A stretch of 64,000 bases of DNA from an uncultured Acidobacteriaceae bacterium. Its GTDB lineage: Bacteria > Acidobacteriota > Terriglobia > Terriglobales > Acidobacteriaceae. Shown one piece after another: positions 1 to 9,728 of this stretch; the stretch's first letter is position 1; every line of letters starts with the position of its first letter. The stretch is taken from contig CAWHTJ010000001.1 in the NCBI GenBank assembly GCA_963832235.1, forward strand, positions 159,870 to 223,869. Reading direction: 5' to 3'. Below the pieces are notes generated by a model, which saw only the letters and a program-made list of their open reading frames with translations, had not been told where the DNA came from and ran no database searches. The position numbers were made by a program, and so were the translations under genes.

Positions 1-114
1 CATGTTTTGCCACCCTTTCGAAAGCCATACACGCAAGCCGCGGCAATCATGGCGCGGAACGAACATTTGACCGGGACCATCGCGGCGATCCCGGTCAGCG
101 GAACGCTAAAGCAA

Positions 115-831
115 TTATTTCTTGTCTTCGTCCACTTTTGCGACGTGCGCCTGTTGGCCCGCCTCGGACACCGCCTTCACGAAGGCTTCCCCACTTCTCG
201 GCGTTGAAACCCTGCCCGAAAGGATGGAGCGAAATTCCATGTGCTTGCCGTAAATGGCGCGGGTAGAATCGTTATCCTGCTCCACCACTGCACCTTCAAG
301 CGTAAGACCGGCGAACACGCCGTGGGAGCGCGAGTACGTGAGCACCTCAGTGTTCATCTTCCAGTCGGTTCCCGCGGAAGCATGTCGGCCAACCGGGCCC
401 GCTGCCACCGATCCTTCACCAGTGAATTCAAACTTGCTGGAGAGCAGATGCTGCAGACCCTGCTCGTTCATGACCAGCATGACCAGGTCGACGTCTTCAA
501 TACCGATCTGCAATCCCCAACTTCCACCGCCAACGCTTACGAACGCAGGCGCGCTCCAGCCTTCGGCTGTGCGGCACGAGGCCACGCCGCGCCCATGCTT
601 GCCACCAAAAATGAATCCGCCCTTGATCAGGTTAGGCACCACGAGGATGCACTTCGCGCCGTCTAACACTTCTTCCGGAATTCCTTTATCTGGAGTCCCC
701 ATGACGGCGTGCAGAACCTCAACGGACGATTGCAGGCGTGCAACCGAGTCTTCGCGCGCCGATTTGGCCCAGGCTAGCGTTCCAAACAGGCCCATCAATC
801 CCACTAATAGCAACGACATAGTTCTTTTCAT
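115..831 (-). CDS. Secreted SYLF/Ysc84-like (DUF500) domain protein
   Basis: 238-aa ORF. Signal peptide MKRTMSLLLVGLMGLFGTLAWA. Gly-rich blocks GGGSWGLQIG and GPVGRHASAGTD typical of SYLF. AGGA upstream of the ATG. Confidence 0.7.
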   Translation of the reverse strand: MKRTMSLLLVGLMGLFGTLAWAKSAREDSVARLQSSVEVLHAVMGTPDKGIPEEVLDGAKCILVVPNLIKGGFIFGGKHGRGVASCRTAEGWSAPAFVSVGGGSWGLQIGIEDVDLVMLVMNEQGLQHLLSSKFEFTGEGSVAAGPVGRHASAGTDWKMNTEVLTYSRSHGVFAGLTLEGAVVEQDNDSTRAIYGKHMEFRSILSGRVSTPRSGEAFVKAVSEAGQQAHVAKVDEDKK

Positions 832-1196
832 ATTTTTTCCTTTGAGGTGCGAACTAAGAGAAGAGGACTTCAGATGGGCTGACTTAGCTCAGAGGACCTG
901 AAAGAGCGAGAAGAGGTACTCGTCTCTAACATCATCATGGCCGCATTAGGCGCGAATAGCTGATCTGAATTGCTCACTTGCAGGCGTGGTCCGATGCAGC
1001 TCCAACCCCGCCACGCGACTCGTTTCGGGTAAAAGAGAGCAATCTTGCACAGAACCGCCGGCCGCGACGTGAGATCGTTAGTCTGGTCAAGAGTAACAGC
1101 GCGGATTCAATCATGTCCTTTTCCCCGCATCCGTTTTTCGCCAGCCTTCGCAGTTCGCTCGCCTTCCTTGCTGCTTCGCTGAGGAAGTCTCTCAAG

Positions 1197-1313
1197 ATGG
1201 AACCTCACGACGGCGACTTTGCCTCGCAGCGAATGTGCCCCTTCTGTGGACTCATCACGCCGCGCCATGAGAGTAGTTGCCTGGAATGCGGCCGGTCGTT
1301 CAGAACGGCCTAA
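1197..1313 (+). CDS. Possible small zinc-ribbon protein (38 aa)
   Basis: MEPHDGDFASQRMCPFCGLITPRHESSCLECGRSFRTA has CxxC...CxxC. GAGGAAG lies 9 nt upstream. Alternative start at 1113. Weak support. Confidence 0.25.
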   Translation: MEPHDGDFASQRMCPFCGLITPRHESSCLECGRSFRTA

Positions 1314-1371
1314 AGGGTGCAACAGCGTAGAGGTTGTGCGTACTGTTCGCAGACCGGAAAAACAGCGTCGG

Positions 1372-1950
1372 TCAAAACTGCACAGTGCCATCCAAGATGC
1401 CCTTCCAGACTTCCGCCGAAAATGGGCTGGCCTCGTTGCAGTAGGCGGGCGCAACCTCGTTCGACGGTATTGCCCGCTTGCGGGTACGGGTCTCGCCGCG
1501 ACGCCGTCCTTGCATGGTTCGAACTTCTACCACCGAAATGTCCTGCTGGGCTTTGGTGGTGAGCAGGAAATGCAACGCTGCCCACAAAAAGTGCGGCCCG
1601 TCAGCTTTATCCACCAGAGTATCCACTGACTTTAAAGCCCCATGAGGCAATCCCCACGGGTCAGCCACCATCAGGACCGGAAGGTGCGGCTTCACCTGTT
1701 TGATTTCGTCCGCCACAATGGCGCCGTCCAACAGACCCAGGTAATATTCCAGAACCACAGCATCCACCGGCTGCGTCATCAAGAGCCGCAGGCCTTCGCA
1801 ACCGTTGCTTGCCGTAACCACGCCGTATCCCTCCTCCTTGAGGAGAGTCGATTGCCGGGGATCACGATGTATGCACAGAACTGTGCTCTTGGTGGTCATC
1901 CTCTGGTATATAAGCCGAAGTTTGTCGCGGGTCTGTTCAAAATTGCTCAT
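1372..1950 (-). CDS. Stand-alone receiver-like (REC) domain protein, atypical acceptor site
   Basis: Start chosen at MSNFEQTRDKL (cat at 1948-1950). REC-like VLCIHRDP...VDAVVLEYYLGLLDG...LPVLMVAD. The expected phospho-acceptor Asp position reads Glu. Confidence 0.6.
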   Translation of the reverse strand: MSNFEQTRDKLRLIYQRMTTKSTVLCIHRDPRQSTLLKEEGYGVVTASNGCEGLRLLMTQPVDAVVLEYYLGLLDGAIVADEIKQVKPHLPVLMVADPWGLPHGALKSVDTLVDKADGPHFLWAALHFLLTTKAQQDISVVEVRTMQGRRRGETRTRKRAIPSNEVAPAYCNEASPFSAEVWKGILDGTVQF

Positions 1951-2058
1951 GATCGAGACGACCGCGAAACGACAAACGACTGAGCAATTGTGACCAGCCG
2001 GTGAACGCGTCTGGAGCCTAGCCTTTATGTAGAGTGGATCTTCTTCTGAAGGGTACAA

Positions 2059-2343
2059 ATGAAGAAACAATATCTTCACATCTCGGTTTACCGATGTGAC
2101 AAGTGTCAGGGGCCGGCGGTCACCGGTTCGATAGCCGTGCGTGAAAACGAAATATCCAAGGAGACCGAGCAGAGGGAAGTTGGGGCCATCTGCATCTCCT
2201 GCGGCAACCGGCAAAGCACAGTAAGTCCGCCGGCCGCGGCCCGCCACTTTCCGCCGACCGAATGGCAAGGATCAAGTACGATCGATCCAGTGAACCTAAA
2301 TACGGCTTTCGCCGAAATGTCGACTCGCACCGCCCCGGATTGA
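2059..2343 (+). CDS. Hypothetical small CxxC...CxxC protein
   Basis: 94-aa ORF with GAAGGG upstream of the ATG. YRCDKCQG and CISCGN motifs suggest a zinc ribbon. Confidence 0.4.
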   Translation: MKKQYLHISVYRCDKCQGPAVTGSIAVRENEISKETEQREVGAICISCGNRQSTVSPPAAARHFPPTEWQGSSTIDPVNLNTAFAEMSTRTAPD

Positions 2344-2575
2344 AACCGTGCACTCTTAGTTCCAGGCGCTGTCGCTTCATCATAAGGGTACTGTTGCTCG
2401 CACCCTGAAGGTTTCTCTAACCAATTCAATACTCTGGGTTATTGGGGCGGAATAATTCGCGAAACCTCTGCAACCGAACCGAAACTCTCGCTTTAGAGCG
2501 AAAAACATAATGTGGTCAAAATTGAACACTTTTGAAAAATTGTCTGCGATATTTTGGACCGACTGGGGTCCGCCT

Positions 2576-3349
2576 ATGAAGATATCTGTTTCGGCGATTT
2601 GTTGTGTTCTGTCGCTGCTTGGTGGCGCCGGAGCCGTGCAAGGCGTAGCCGCGCCATTGGATCCGGCGGCGGCCACTCCTGTGGCACTGCTTAGCGCGGA
2701 CGAGATCGTAGGCAGGATGGTGGAGAGAAATCTTGAACGCGCCCGAGCCCTGGAAGCTTACGAGGGAACTCGAGTCTACCGCCTGGAATATCGCGGCTTC
2801 CCCGGCTTCCGAAGCGCCGAGATGATTGTGGAAGTAAAGTATCGCTCTCCTGGAACGAAAGATTTCAATATTCGGTCCGAAAAAGGCTCCCGGCTGATCA
2901 TTGAGAGGATATTCAAACGAGTTCTGCAGACCGAGAAAGAGGCGCTCCGCGAGGAAAATCAGAGCCGCGTAGCCCTGAATCAAGATAATTACGAATTTAC
3001 TCTGGCAGGATACGAAAGCACGCCGGCTGGCCCGCGCTACATTCTTTCGGTCGAGCCCCGAACCGATAACAAACTTTTATATCGGGGCCGAATTTGGGTG
3101 GATGCAGAGGATTTCGCGGTGGCGCGCATTGAGGTCGCTCCCGCGAAAAATCCGTCGTTCTGGACGAAGGGAACAAAAATCGAGCAGGTCTACGCGAAAG
3201 TGGGCAACTTCTGGCTTCCGCTGTTCAATCGAAGCAGCAGCGATATCCGGCTGGGTGGCCACGCTTCCTTCACCATTGATTACCAGGATTACCAGATTAC
3301 GTCCGCTATTCCGGTTCGCAGGCAGGGCGAGTTGGCAGGGTACCGTTAG
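2576..3349 (+). CDS. LolA-like / outer-membrane lipoprotein-sorting family protein (putative)
   Basis: Start at MKISVSAICCVLSLLGGAGA (signal peptide). C-terminal block YILSVEPRTDNKLLYRGRIWVDAEDFAVARIE resembles the LolA-like fold family. Confidence 0.55.
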   Translation: MKISVSAICCVLSLLGGAGAVQGVAAPLDPAAATPVALLSADEIVGRMVERNLERARALEAYEGTRVYRLEYRGFPGFRSAEMIVEVKYRSPGTKDFNIRSEKGSRLIIERIFKRVLQTEKEALREENQSRVALNQDNYEFTLAGYESTPAGPRYILSVEPRTDNKLLYRGRIWVDAEDFAVARIEVAPAKNPSFWTKGTKIEQVYAKVGNFWLPLFNRSSSDIRLGGHASFTIDYQDYQITSAIPVRRQGELAGYR

Positions 3350-3442
3350 CCTGAGCGGCTAAAGCCTCATTCACTTTGCGTGCCTTGCGGCGCGTTTAAA
3401 GCCGCGCCCTTTCAAAGCAGCTGGAACTAATCGTGTAGAACA

Positions 3443-4114
3443 CTAATCGTGTAGAACAATGTTCAGCAAAGAACTGTGAACCTGCAGTCCGCCCGCTTCT
3501 CCGCCGGCATAGTGAATGAATCCCAGCTTGCGGAACCGGTTCATGAAAAAACTGACTCGCGAACGAGTGGTGCCGACCATTTCTGCGAGGGTTTCCTGGC
3601 TGATCTTGGGAACCACGGTCTCGGGAACCCCTTCCTTGCCAAAATGAGCCAGCATGAGCAGAACCCGGGCCAATCTCTTTTCGCTGGAATTAAACAACTG
3701 GTCGACGAGATCCTCTTCATAACGGATGTTGCGCGCCAGCAGATACGCCACGAACATGTCGGAAAAAGCGTGCTCTCGATGAAGCGCTTCCATCATGGCC
3801 GTCTTATCGATCCGCAGCAAATGACATTCCGTCATGGACTCTGCCGATCCCATGCGCAGAGCCTGTCCCGCCAACGAGCCTTCGCCAAAAAAATTCCCCT
3901 CTCCCAGGATGCCGATCGTCGCTTCTTTGCCGGTCTTGGAGACGACGGTCAGCCTCACTTTGCCCTTCTGAATGTAGAAGACCGCGTCGGCCGCATCTCC
4001 CTGGGTGAAGATGCCTCGCTTCCGGGAAACAGCCAGACTCTTCCTGCCGTTTCCAATGGTTGCAAGGAACGTGCTGGGATCGAACCCACGATTCTTCTTG
4101 GCCGGAATTGCCAT
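3443..4114 (-). CDS. Crp/Fnr family transcriptional regulator
   Basis: cNMP-binding block FTQGDAADAVFYIQKGKVRLTV...FFGEGSL and C-terminal HTH ISQETLAEMVGTTRSRVSFFMNRFRKLGFI. Confidence 0.9.
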   Translation of the reverse strand: MAIPAKKNRGFDPSTFLATIGNGRKSLAVSRKRGIFTQGDAADAVFYIQKGKVRLTVVSKTGKEATIGILGEGNFFGEGSLAGQALRMGSAESMTECHLLRIDKTAMMEALHREHAFSDMFVAYLLARNIRYEEDLVDQLFNSSEKRLARVLLMLAHFGKEGVPETVVPKISQETLAEMVGTTRSRVSFFMNRFRKLGFIHYAGGEAGGLQVHSSLLNIVLHD

Positions 4115-4434
4115 TTTTAACTCGCGTCTGGCTGAAAAGCTACCCTAGGGTTCGGTGAAATTAGGACGCTAGCGGCAACTGGGACACTATAAGGATAAGT
4201 CTATCAAAAAACTCGGTACGGTAGTGTACAAAAATCATCCTTGGGGCTAGCCATGCCATGGGGCCTCGACGCAATTCTAAACCGCCTATTAGCCAGACAG
4301 CCGGCGCAACCTTCATTGATGAGACCCCCTAAAGGGTCTTGCGGGAAGCGGGATCGAGATCACACTCCAGCTGTCGCACGAAACTGTCAGCCCGAGTCCA
4401 CGTATGCAGCTTGAAACTCCGGTTCGGGCCGCCT

Positions 4435-4686
4435 TTAGAGACATTGTTTCCCACGCTTCGGGGTCAGTGTAATCGGGAAGCGGATCACGTACAACATCCT
4501 CGCGCTCGGGCTTCCGGCACGGAACCCCGACACGCCTCCAAGCAACTCTGAGACGTAGCACTCTTCATGGATGGCCTGTCCGTACTCATTGGCCTTGCTC
4601 TCTTCAAGCCTCACGGACTCTTTACAGATGACGCACTCTGGACGCCGACCTTCGAGCATCTGATTGGATTGATGAACTTGGGACAT
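4435..4686 (-). CDS. Hypothetical small Cys/His protein
   Basis: 83-aa ORF with a strong SD (AGGAGG 6 nt upstream of the ATG). CVIC...HEEC motif. Confidence 0.45.
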   Translation of the reverse strand: MSQVHQSNQMLEGRRPECVICKESVRLEESKANEYGQAIHEECYVSELLGGVSGFRAGSPSARMLYVIRFPITLTPKRGKQCL

Positions 4687-4956
4687 TTAGTGCCTCCTGG
4701 GAGAGGACATTGTCGATGTTAGTCTTAGTCGGTCTTAATGTATGAGCAATGAGGCTCACTTTTGTGCAAAAGCCTACCGTTCTCCGCCGCGCCAATTTCG
4801 ATAGCTCCGTTGCCCATTCGACGGGTCTTGCGTCCTTCATGCATGGGGCCACTAATGGAAGCTCCCGGGCGTGGACAGTATAGCGAACCCGTGTCGTACA
4901 CCGCTCGGTCCACTGGTAACTTCCGGTTTGCCGACAATTCGGAAGCTCACTTGTGA

Positions 4957-5760
4957 TCAGACGGTTGGCATCGTGCCGCCGTCAATGACGTAGTCCGCAC
5001 CGTGAATGGAAGCTGCGCGATCCGATGCCAGAAATGCCACCAGTTCCGCAACTTCTTCCGGCATGCCTGGACGACCAATTGGAATGCCTCCAATCATGCT
5101 CATGATCTGCTGACGCGCCGCGCCCTCCGTGATGCCGCTGCTATTCGCAAGCTGCACAATCATTCCGTGCGCGCCCGCAGTTTCGATGAATCCCGGCGAG
5201 ATCATGTTTACCCGAACGCCCTTCGGGCCAACCTCATTTGCGAGCCCTTTGTTGTACGTGCTAAGCGCGCCTTTTGCCGCAGCGTAGGCTAGAGTCGCAT
5301 CGTAAAGAGGGAGGCGATGTTGAATCGAAGAAATATGAATAACAACGCCTGACCTGCGCTCGATCATCCCCGGAAGAAATGCTCTATTCAGGCGAACTGC
5401 CGCCAACAGGTTCACGTTAAGAGCTCGTTCCCAATCGTCGTCGGTGAGTGCCCGAAATCCACCGTTCGGAGCCTCCGATCCGCCAAGACAGTTCACGAGA
5501 ATATCCAACCCAGGCCACTCCTGCTGGATGCGGTCGACAACCTTCTTGACACCGTCTGCAGTGCCGATGTCTGTTTGCACGAACAAAGATGGGTTTTGTC
5601 CCTGAGGCAATGGGGAGCGTGCCGTCGTTGCGACCACCGCACCGCTCAATAAGAAGCGCCGCACGATCGCCTCTCCCATCCCCTTGGTGCCACCAGTTAC
5701 TAGAACCCGCTTGCTTTTGAATTCATCACTTGAAACAGCGAATGGATACGTGTGCGTCAT
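4957..5760 (-). CDS. SDR family oxidoreductase
   Basis: Start at MTHTYPF (cat 5758-5760). VLVTGGTKGMGEAI Rossmann motif and YAAAKGAL catalytic YxxxK. Confidence 0.9.
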   Translation of the reverse strand: MTHTYPFAVSSDEFKSKRVLVTGGTKGMGEAIVRRFLLSGAVVATTARSPLPQGQNPSLFVQTDIGTADGVKKVVDRIQQEWPGLDILVNCLGGSEAPNGGFRALTDDDWERALNVNLLAAVRLNRAFLPGMIERRSGVVIHISSIQHRLPLYDATLAYAAAKGALSTYNKGLANEVGPKGVRVNMISPGFIETAGAHGMIVQLANSSGITEGAARQQIMSMIGGIPIGRPGMPEEVAELVAFLASDRAASIHGADYVIDGGTMPTV

Positions 5761-5848
5761 TGAACCTAACCTCTGCTCAGAGATGAGGTTGGCACAAATA
5801 CGGGTAAAATGGGAAGTACGCACTAAAAAGTATGCTAGGAAGGCAGAT

Positions 5849-6247
5849 ATGCCAAAACGCTACACGCCCGTGACTGCTGCTGCGGACCTGGAGAAAGCGC
5901 TGCGCCTTCTCGAAGGACGGTGGAAGCTGGTGATCTTGTTCCACCTGTTCGGAGGGAAGATTATGCGATTCTCCGACCTGGAGCGAGCCATACCTGCCAT
6001 CACGCAAAAGATGCTCGGACAACAGTTGAAGGCGATGGAGGTGGCTGGCATTGTTCGACGGACTGCCTACCCGCAAGTGCCACCTAAAGTGGAATACAGC
6101 CTGACATCATGGGGCCAATCCCTTTGTCCAGCGCTTGATGCCATCCTGAAATGGGCTGACCGCCGTCCAACGCATGTAAGGAGAGTTAGCGAGGGACGCA
6201 GAGCCAAAGATGGTTCATCGGCTCGCGCCGGAACTGCTCCCGAGTGA
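5849..6247 (+). CDS. HxlR family transcriptional regulator
   Basis: MPKRYTP...LRLLEGRWKLVILFHLFGGKIMRFSDLERAIPAITQKMLGQQLKAMEVAGIV. Divergent from the SDR gene, a classic HxlR pairing. Confidence 0.9.
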   Translation: MPKRYTPVTAAADLEKALRLLEGRWKLVILFHLFGGKIMRFSDLERAIPAITQKMLGQQLKAMEVAGIVRRTAYPQVPPKVEYSLTSWGQSLCPALDAILKWADRRPTHVRRVSEGRRAKDGSSARAGTAPE

Positions 6248-6458
6248 CGGGCTAACAGGAAGTTATGCGGGCTCGCTCGCTTGCTCCTTGACCACGCTTC
6301 GAGGATTCTTGTCCTCGCGCAAGCCGACAAACTTCGAATGTCGAGTTCAAGTTCACATGCCCACGGAACACGGGCCGTCTTCGCACGACTGGCAGTCCAT
6401 GGCAATTTAGAAATACGCAGAATCCCCAGGTTGCGAGGTCGTCCGTGGAGAATGCGCT

Positions 6459-8324
6459 CTACTGTTGAGTTGTTGCGGCGGTCACAGCCAGTGTCGGAGC
6501 GGCTGAACCGTAGCGTGTCAACCGGGGGAAGAAAGGCGTTACCTCAAACGGCATCTTGTCGCGTGCCGAAGTGATGGCGACCGGAGCCGCTTTCAACATT
6601 TCCGCCGTGTCATCCCAGGGATTGACCTTCACGCGGCCGCCCAAAGGCAATGCCGCAATCTGATCCAGTTTGGCATTGTCCAGCGCCGGGCCCTGGTTGG
6701 CCAAAGCGGAGAGCCGATTCACCGTTCCGCCTTCCGCCAAAGGATTGCCCAGGTGCGTGGTCAGCAGCGCAGTCAGTTGCGGAGCCCGCAGCTGCAATGC
6801 CTTAAGGAACAAGCCGAGATTTTCAAGCTTCTGAGCGTAAGGCGAGTTCTTCAGCAGCTCAATCGCCTCCTTGTCGGCCGCCTGTTCTTCTTCGGGGCTG
6901 TTTTTGAATATGATGTTCTGATAAGCCGGGTCATCGTTGAATTCATAGTCACTGCCCAGCTTGTGGCGGGACCCGATGTGTGCTAACCCATGCGCAAGCA
7001 CCGAAGTCAGATTCGCCTCATTCCTGAACGCAAACTTGCTACCAACGTTGTGACCCAGAACGATATGCGCCAATTCGTGCGCCAGCATCGCAGCCAGGCT
7101 GGCCTCATCTGGTAAAACGTCCACCAACCCACGGCTGATCACGATGGTGTTGCCCACGCTGAAAGTTTCCAGTGGTGCAGTGAGGAGCACGCGTGTGCGC
7201 ACCGGCAGGTCAATGTTGTTGGTAAGCTCAAGGTTATTCACCACCGTCTGAAGAATCCGGTCCAGGTCGCCGGCGGGAGCGAGCAATCCACTTTTGGTCA
7301 AGCCGTCCACCGCGTCGTCTTCCGCCTGTTGCTGCCATAAACGCTGAGCTTGTAGCGGAGACGCATCTTGCGCACTCGCGCTCCGGTCGGTCACGCTATC
7401 CACGCGGATCTGCGTCAATTCGTCGTCCTTGCTGCTCTTTTTGACGTCATAGGCCCAGATGCGAGTCTGCGCCTTGAAAGATTCCTTCATATAAACGCCT
7501 AAGCCGCTTCCCTCGCTGTAAATGTAGGAGGGCACCCAATAGTTGGGAATCAGGTTCAAGCGCCAGCTGTCCATACGGAAGTGAGCCGAGTTTCGAGGCG
7601 CCGGAGAGTAGGTTCCGTTCAGGCGCACGATATTGAAAACCTGATCTTCCACCCAGATGTGACCCATGAAGCGGCCTTTGCCGGCGTCCCTCTTCGGGGT
7701 AACGTCAAACACCAGGCAGCGCACGTCACCCAGAAATTCGCGGCGCACGTAGCGAAAATCATAATGCTGCCGGTCGAAGTCGGTGCGGTCGGCATAAACC
7801 ATCGACGAGAAGCCCAGGGGCTGATACTGCACCTTGTAGAGTTTCTGCAAGCCGCCCATCAAGCGGTTCGGCGTGCGCGAATTTTGCTCAATCTCTTTCC
7901 ACTCGGCCGTTTCGCCCATGTCCATCCGGCCGAGGAAATAGTGATCTGCGCTTGGTACCAAGCCCAGTTGTGGATCGGCAGTTAGATTCTGCACGTACGT
8001 CTCAAACATGGGAGTGCGGGTGGAGAGCATCTTGATCAGAGCGTGCTCCCGCTCAATGAACAGGTTCACGACCTGGTCCATGGTGGTTGGAGCGGGCGCA
8101 GCCGCCGGTTGCTGTACCGGTTGCTGAACCGGGGCCGCCTGTGCCGCTGCCGGCGGCGTGGTATCAACACCTTGCTGGGAGGGTTGCCCGGTCTGCGCCT
8201 CGCTGCTTCTACTCAGCTGTGAGGAGGGTTGTGAATCCGCTGCTTGCTGGCCGGCTACGCTCATCGAGGCCAATAAAGTTGCCGTGAATATCGCTTTCCA
8301 AGTGCACATGACTCTTTTCTCCAT
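6459..8324 (-). CDS. Secreted M48-like zinc metallopeptidase
   Basis: HELAH zinc motif (LAHELAHIVLGH). Signal peptide and Q/P/A-rich linker. Start at MEKRV (8324), or at MCTWK (8309), which has GGAG upstream. Confidence 0.75.
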   Translation of the reverse strand: MEKRVMCTWKAIFTATLLASMSVAGQQAADSQPSSQLSRSSEAQTGQPSQQGVDTTPPAAAQAAPVQQPVQQPAAAPAPTTMDQVVNLFIEREHALIKMLSTRTPMFETYVQNLTADPQLGLVPSADHYFLGRMDMGETAEWKEIEQNSRTPNRLMGGLQKLYKVQYQPLGFSSMVYADRTDFDRQHYDFRYVRREFLGDVRCLVFDVTPKRDAGKGRFMGHIWVEDQVFNIVRLNGTYSPAPRNSAHFRMDSWRLNLIPNYWVPSYIYSEGSGLGVYMKESFKAQTRIWAYDVKKSSKDDELTQIRVDSVTDRSASAQDASPLQAQRLWQQQAEDDAVDGLTKSGLLAPAGDLDRILQTVVNNLELTNNIDLPVRTRVLLTAPLETFSVGNTIVISRGLVDVLPDEASLAAMLAHELAHIVLGHNVGSKFAFRNEANLTSVLAHGLAHIGSRHKLGSDYEFNDDPAYQNIIFKNSPEEEQAADKEAIELLKNSPYAQKLENLGLFLKALQLRAPQLTALLTTHLGNPLAEGGTVNRLSALANQGPALDNAKLDQIAALPLGGRVKVNPWDDTAEMLKAAPVAITSARDKMPFEVTPFFPRLTRYGSAAPTLAVTAATTQQ

Positions 8325-8515
8325 TTCAGGCGAGACTTGGAGCCTTAAAAATACGAGAGGTAGTGAAACCGGGAAACGTGTCAAGGGACCCTGACCTTAC
8401 TATCAAATGCCCCCGGGCCTTAGGTAATCGTAAATCTGGCTAGAGTCCTCTGCCGGTTGCCGACAATCACTCGGACTCCTTCGAACTCATTTCAGCGATA
8501 GCAATTGTCACGGGG

Positions 8516-8668
8516 TCACGGCACTTGCATCGAAATCAGCTTCCCGCCTACAAATGTTTTCAGAACTCGAACGTCGCGGATCTTTTCGGGGGGAACGGAG
8601 AATACGTCGTCACTGAGAACCCTGACGGCCAGATTTCCTGTTAGGAAAGGTGTAGTCTCTCGAAGGGT
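8516..8668 (-). pseudogene. C-terminal remnant of an amidohydrolase-family gene
   Basis: 50-codon ORF ...LTGNLAVRVLSDDVFSVPPEKIRDVRVLKTFVGGKLISMQVP* matches the characteristic C-terminus of Amidohydro_3 proteins. No upstream body is present. Confidence 0.5.
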
Positions 8669-8906
8669 TCACAAGGCGTAAGCAGGCTCTTCGATGTTCG
8701 CCAGCCTCTTCTTCTGGAGGTCGCGTTTTATCTCTAACCCGACCTCATGGAATTTTAACGACTGGGTATTGGGTTGTTCGTTTTTCGCGAAGGTTGGGAG
8801 AAAGGCTCAATGTAGGCACGAGTTCCTGGCTCATAGTTGCCTAGCACTCGCGATACCGATTTTTCGAACCTCTACTTTCAGCGGCTTACGTTACCATCGA
8901 ATTAAT

Positions 8907-8983
8907 TGGTCGGGGCGATAGGATTTGAACCTACGACCCCCTGCGCCCAAGGCAGGTGCGCTACCAGGCTGCGCTACGCCCCG
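8907..8983 (-). tRNA. tRNA-Pro (anticodon UGG)
   Basis: Reverse complement CGGGGCGTAGCGCAGCCTGGTAGCGCACCTGCCTTGGGCGCAGGGGGTCGTAGGTTCAAATCCTATCGCCCCGACCA. Cloverleaf fits, anticodon loop CTTGGGC, CCA encoded. Confidence 0.9.
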
Positions 8984-9107
8984 ACTGTTGGCATTATAAA
9001 TGAGACCGCGGCGCGTCCTTTCGCCATCCAGTTTCTGGATCTCGAAATGAATTACCGCGCCAGATCTTCCTCTCGTCTGAGGAGGTTCCCAGATTCCGGA
9101 CGTTCGC

Positions 9108-9161
9108 AGATCGATATCCGAAGATCGATATTCGAAGATCAATATCCGTAGATCAATGAGC
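9108..9161. repeat. 14-bp tandem repeat x3.8 (AGATCGATATCCGA)
   Basis: Units at 9108-9121, 9122-9135 and 9136-9149, plus a partial unit at 9150-9161. Each unit carries GATC. Lies 22 bp upstream of the 9183 start. Confidence 0.85.
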
Positions 9162-9182
9162 AGGTTATAATTTTCCACCAGT

Positions 9183-9728
9183 ATGCAGAAGCCCCGTTAC
9201 GCGCTGGTGGCGTATCTCAAAAATGCGGCTGGAGAGTTCGTCGAGAACCTTCGCCGCGAATTGCATCCTGACCTTCCGCACCTGGCCGCCCATCTGACCA
9301 TTCTGCCGCCGCGTCCCCTGCAGGGTACCGAGAGCTCAGCCTTGCAGTTTCTGGAATGCATTTGCGGCAAGGAGGAACCGTTCGAGGTGACCTTGGGCGA
9401 TGTGGAGACGTTCGTCCCAGTAACCCCGACGGTGTACATCCGGGTGCAGGGCGCGGCCGCTCGCATGAGCGAACTGCACAGCCAGCTGAATACCGAAGCT
9501 CTGGCGTTCGAGGAGCAGTGGCCTTACATCCCGCACTTGACGATCGTGAAAATGAGCGCCGAGCAGCCCGCACAGATGGCCTTCCAGATGGCCCGCGAGC
9601 GCTGGAACCGCTATTCGGGCAGCCGCCGCATCCTGCTGGAAAGGCTGACGTTTGTGCGGGAAGACGAGGAAAATTGCTGGGTCGATCTGGCGCCGGTTCC
9701 ACTCGGTCGCCGCCTGGTTTCGCGATAA
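9183..9728 (+). CDS. 2H phosphoesterase superfamily protein (LigT-like 2'-5' RNA ligase family)
   Basis: Two HxT motifs (AAHLTILPP and IPHLTIVKM) spaced as expected. Confidence 0.7.
   Translation: MQKPRYALVAYLKNAAGEFVENLRRELHPDLPHLAAHLTILPPRPLQGTESSALQFLECICGKEEPFEVTLGDVETFVPVTPTVYIRVQGAAARMSELHSQLNTEALAFEEQWPYIPHLTIVKMSAEQPAQMAFQMARERWNRYSGSRRILLERLTFVREDEENCWVDLAPVPLGRRLVSR

Noticed and set aside
1-80. Partial minus-strand ORF running off the left edge (MVPVKCSFRAMIAAACVYGFRKGGKT...)
   Set aside because: Only 26 codons are visible and there is no motif, so it is not reportable as a feature.
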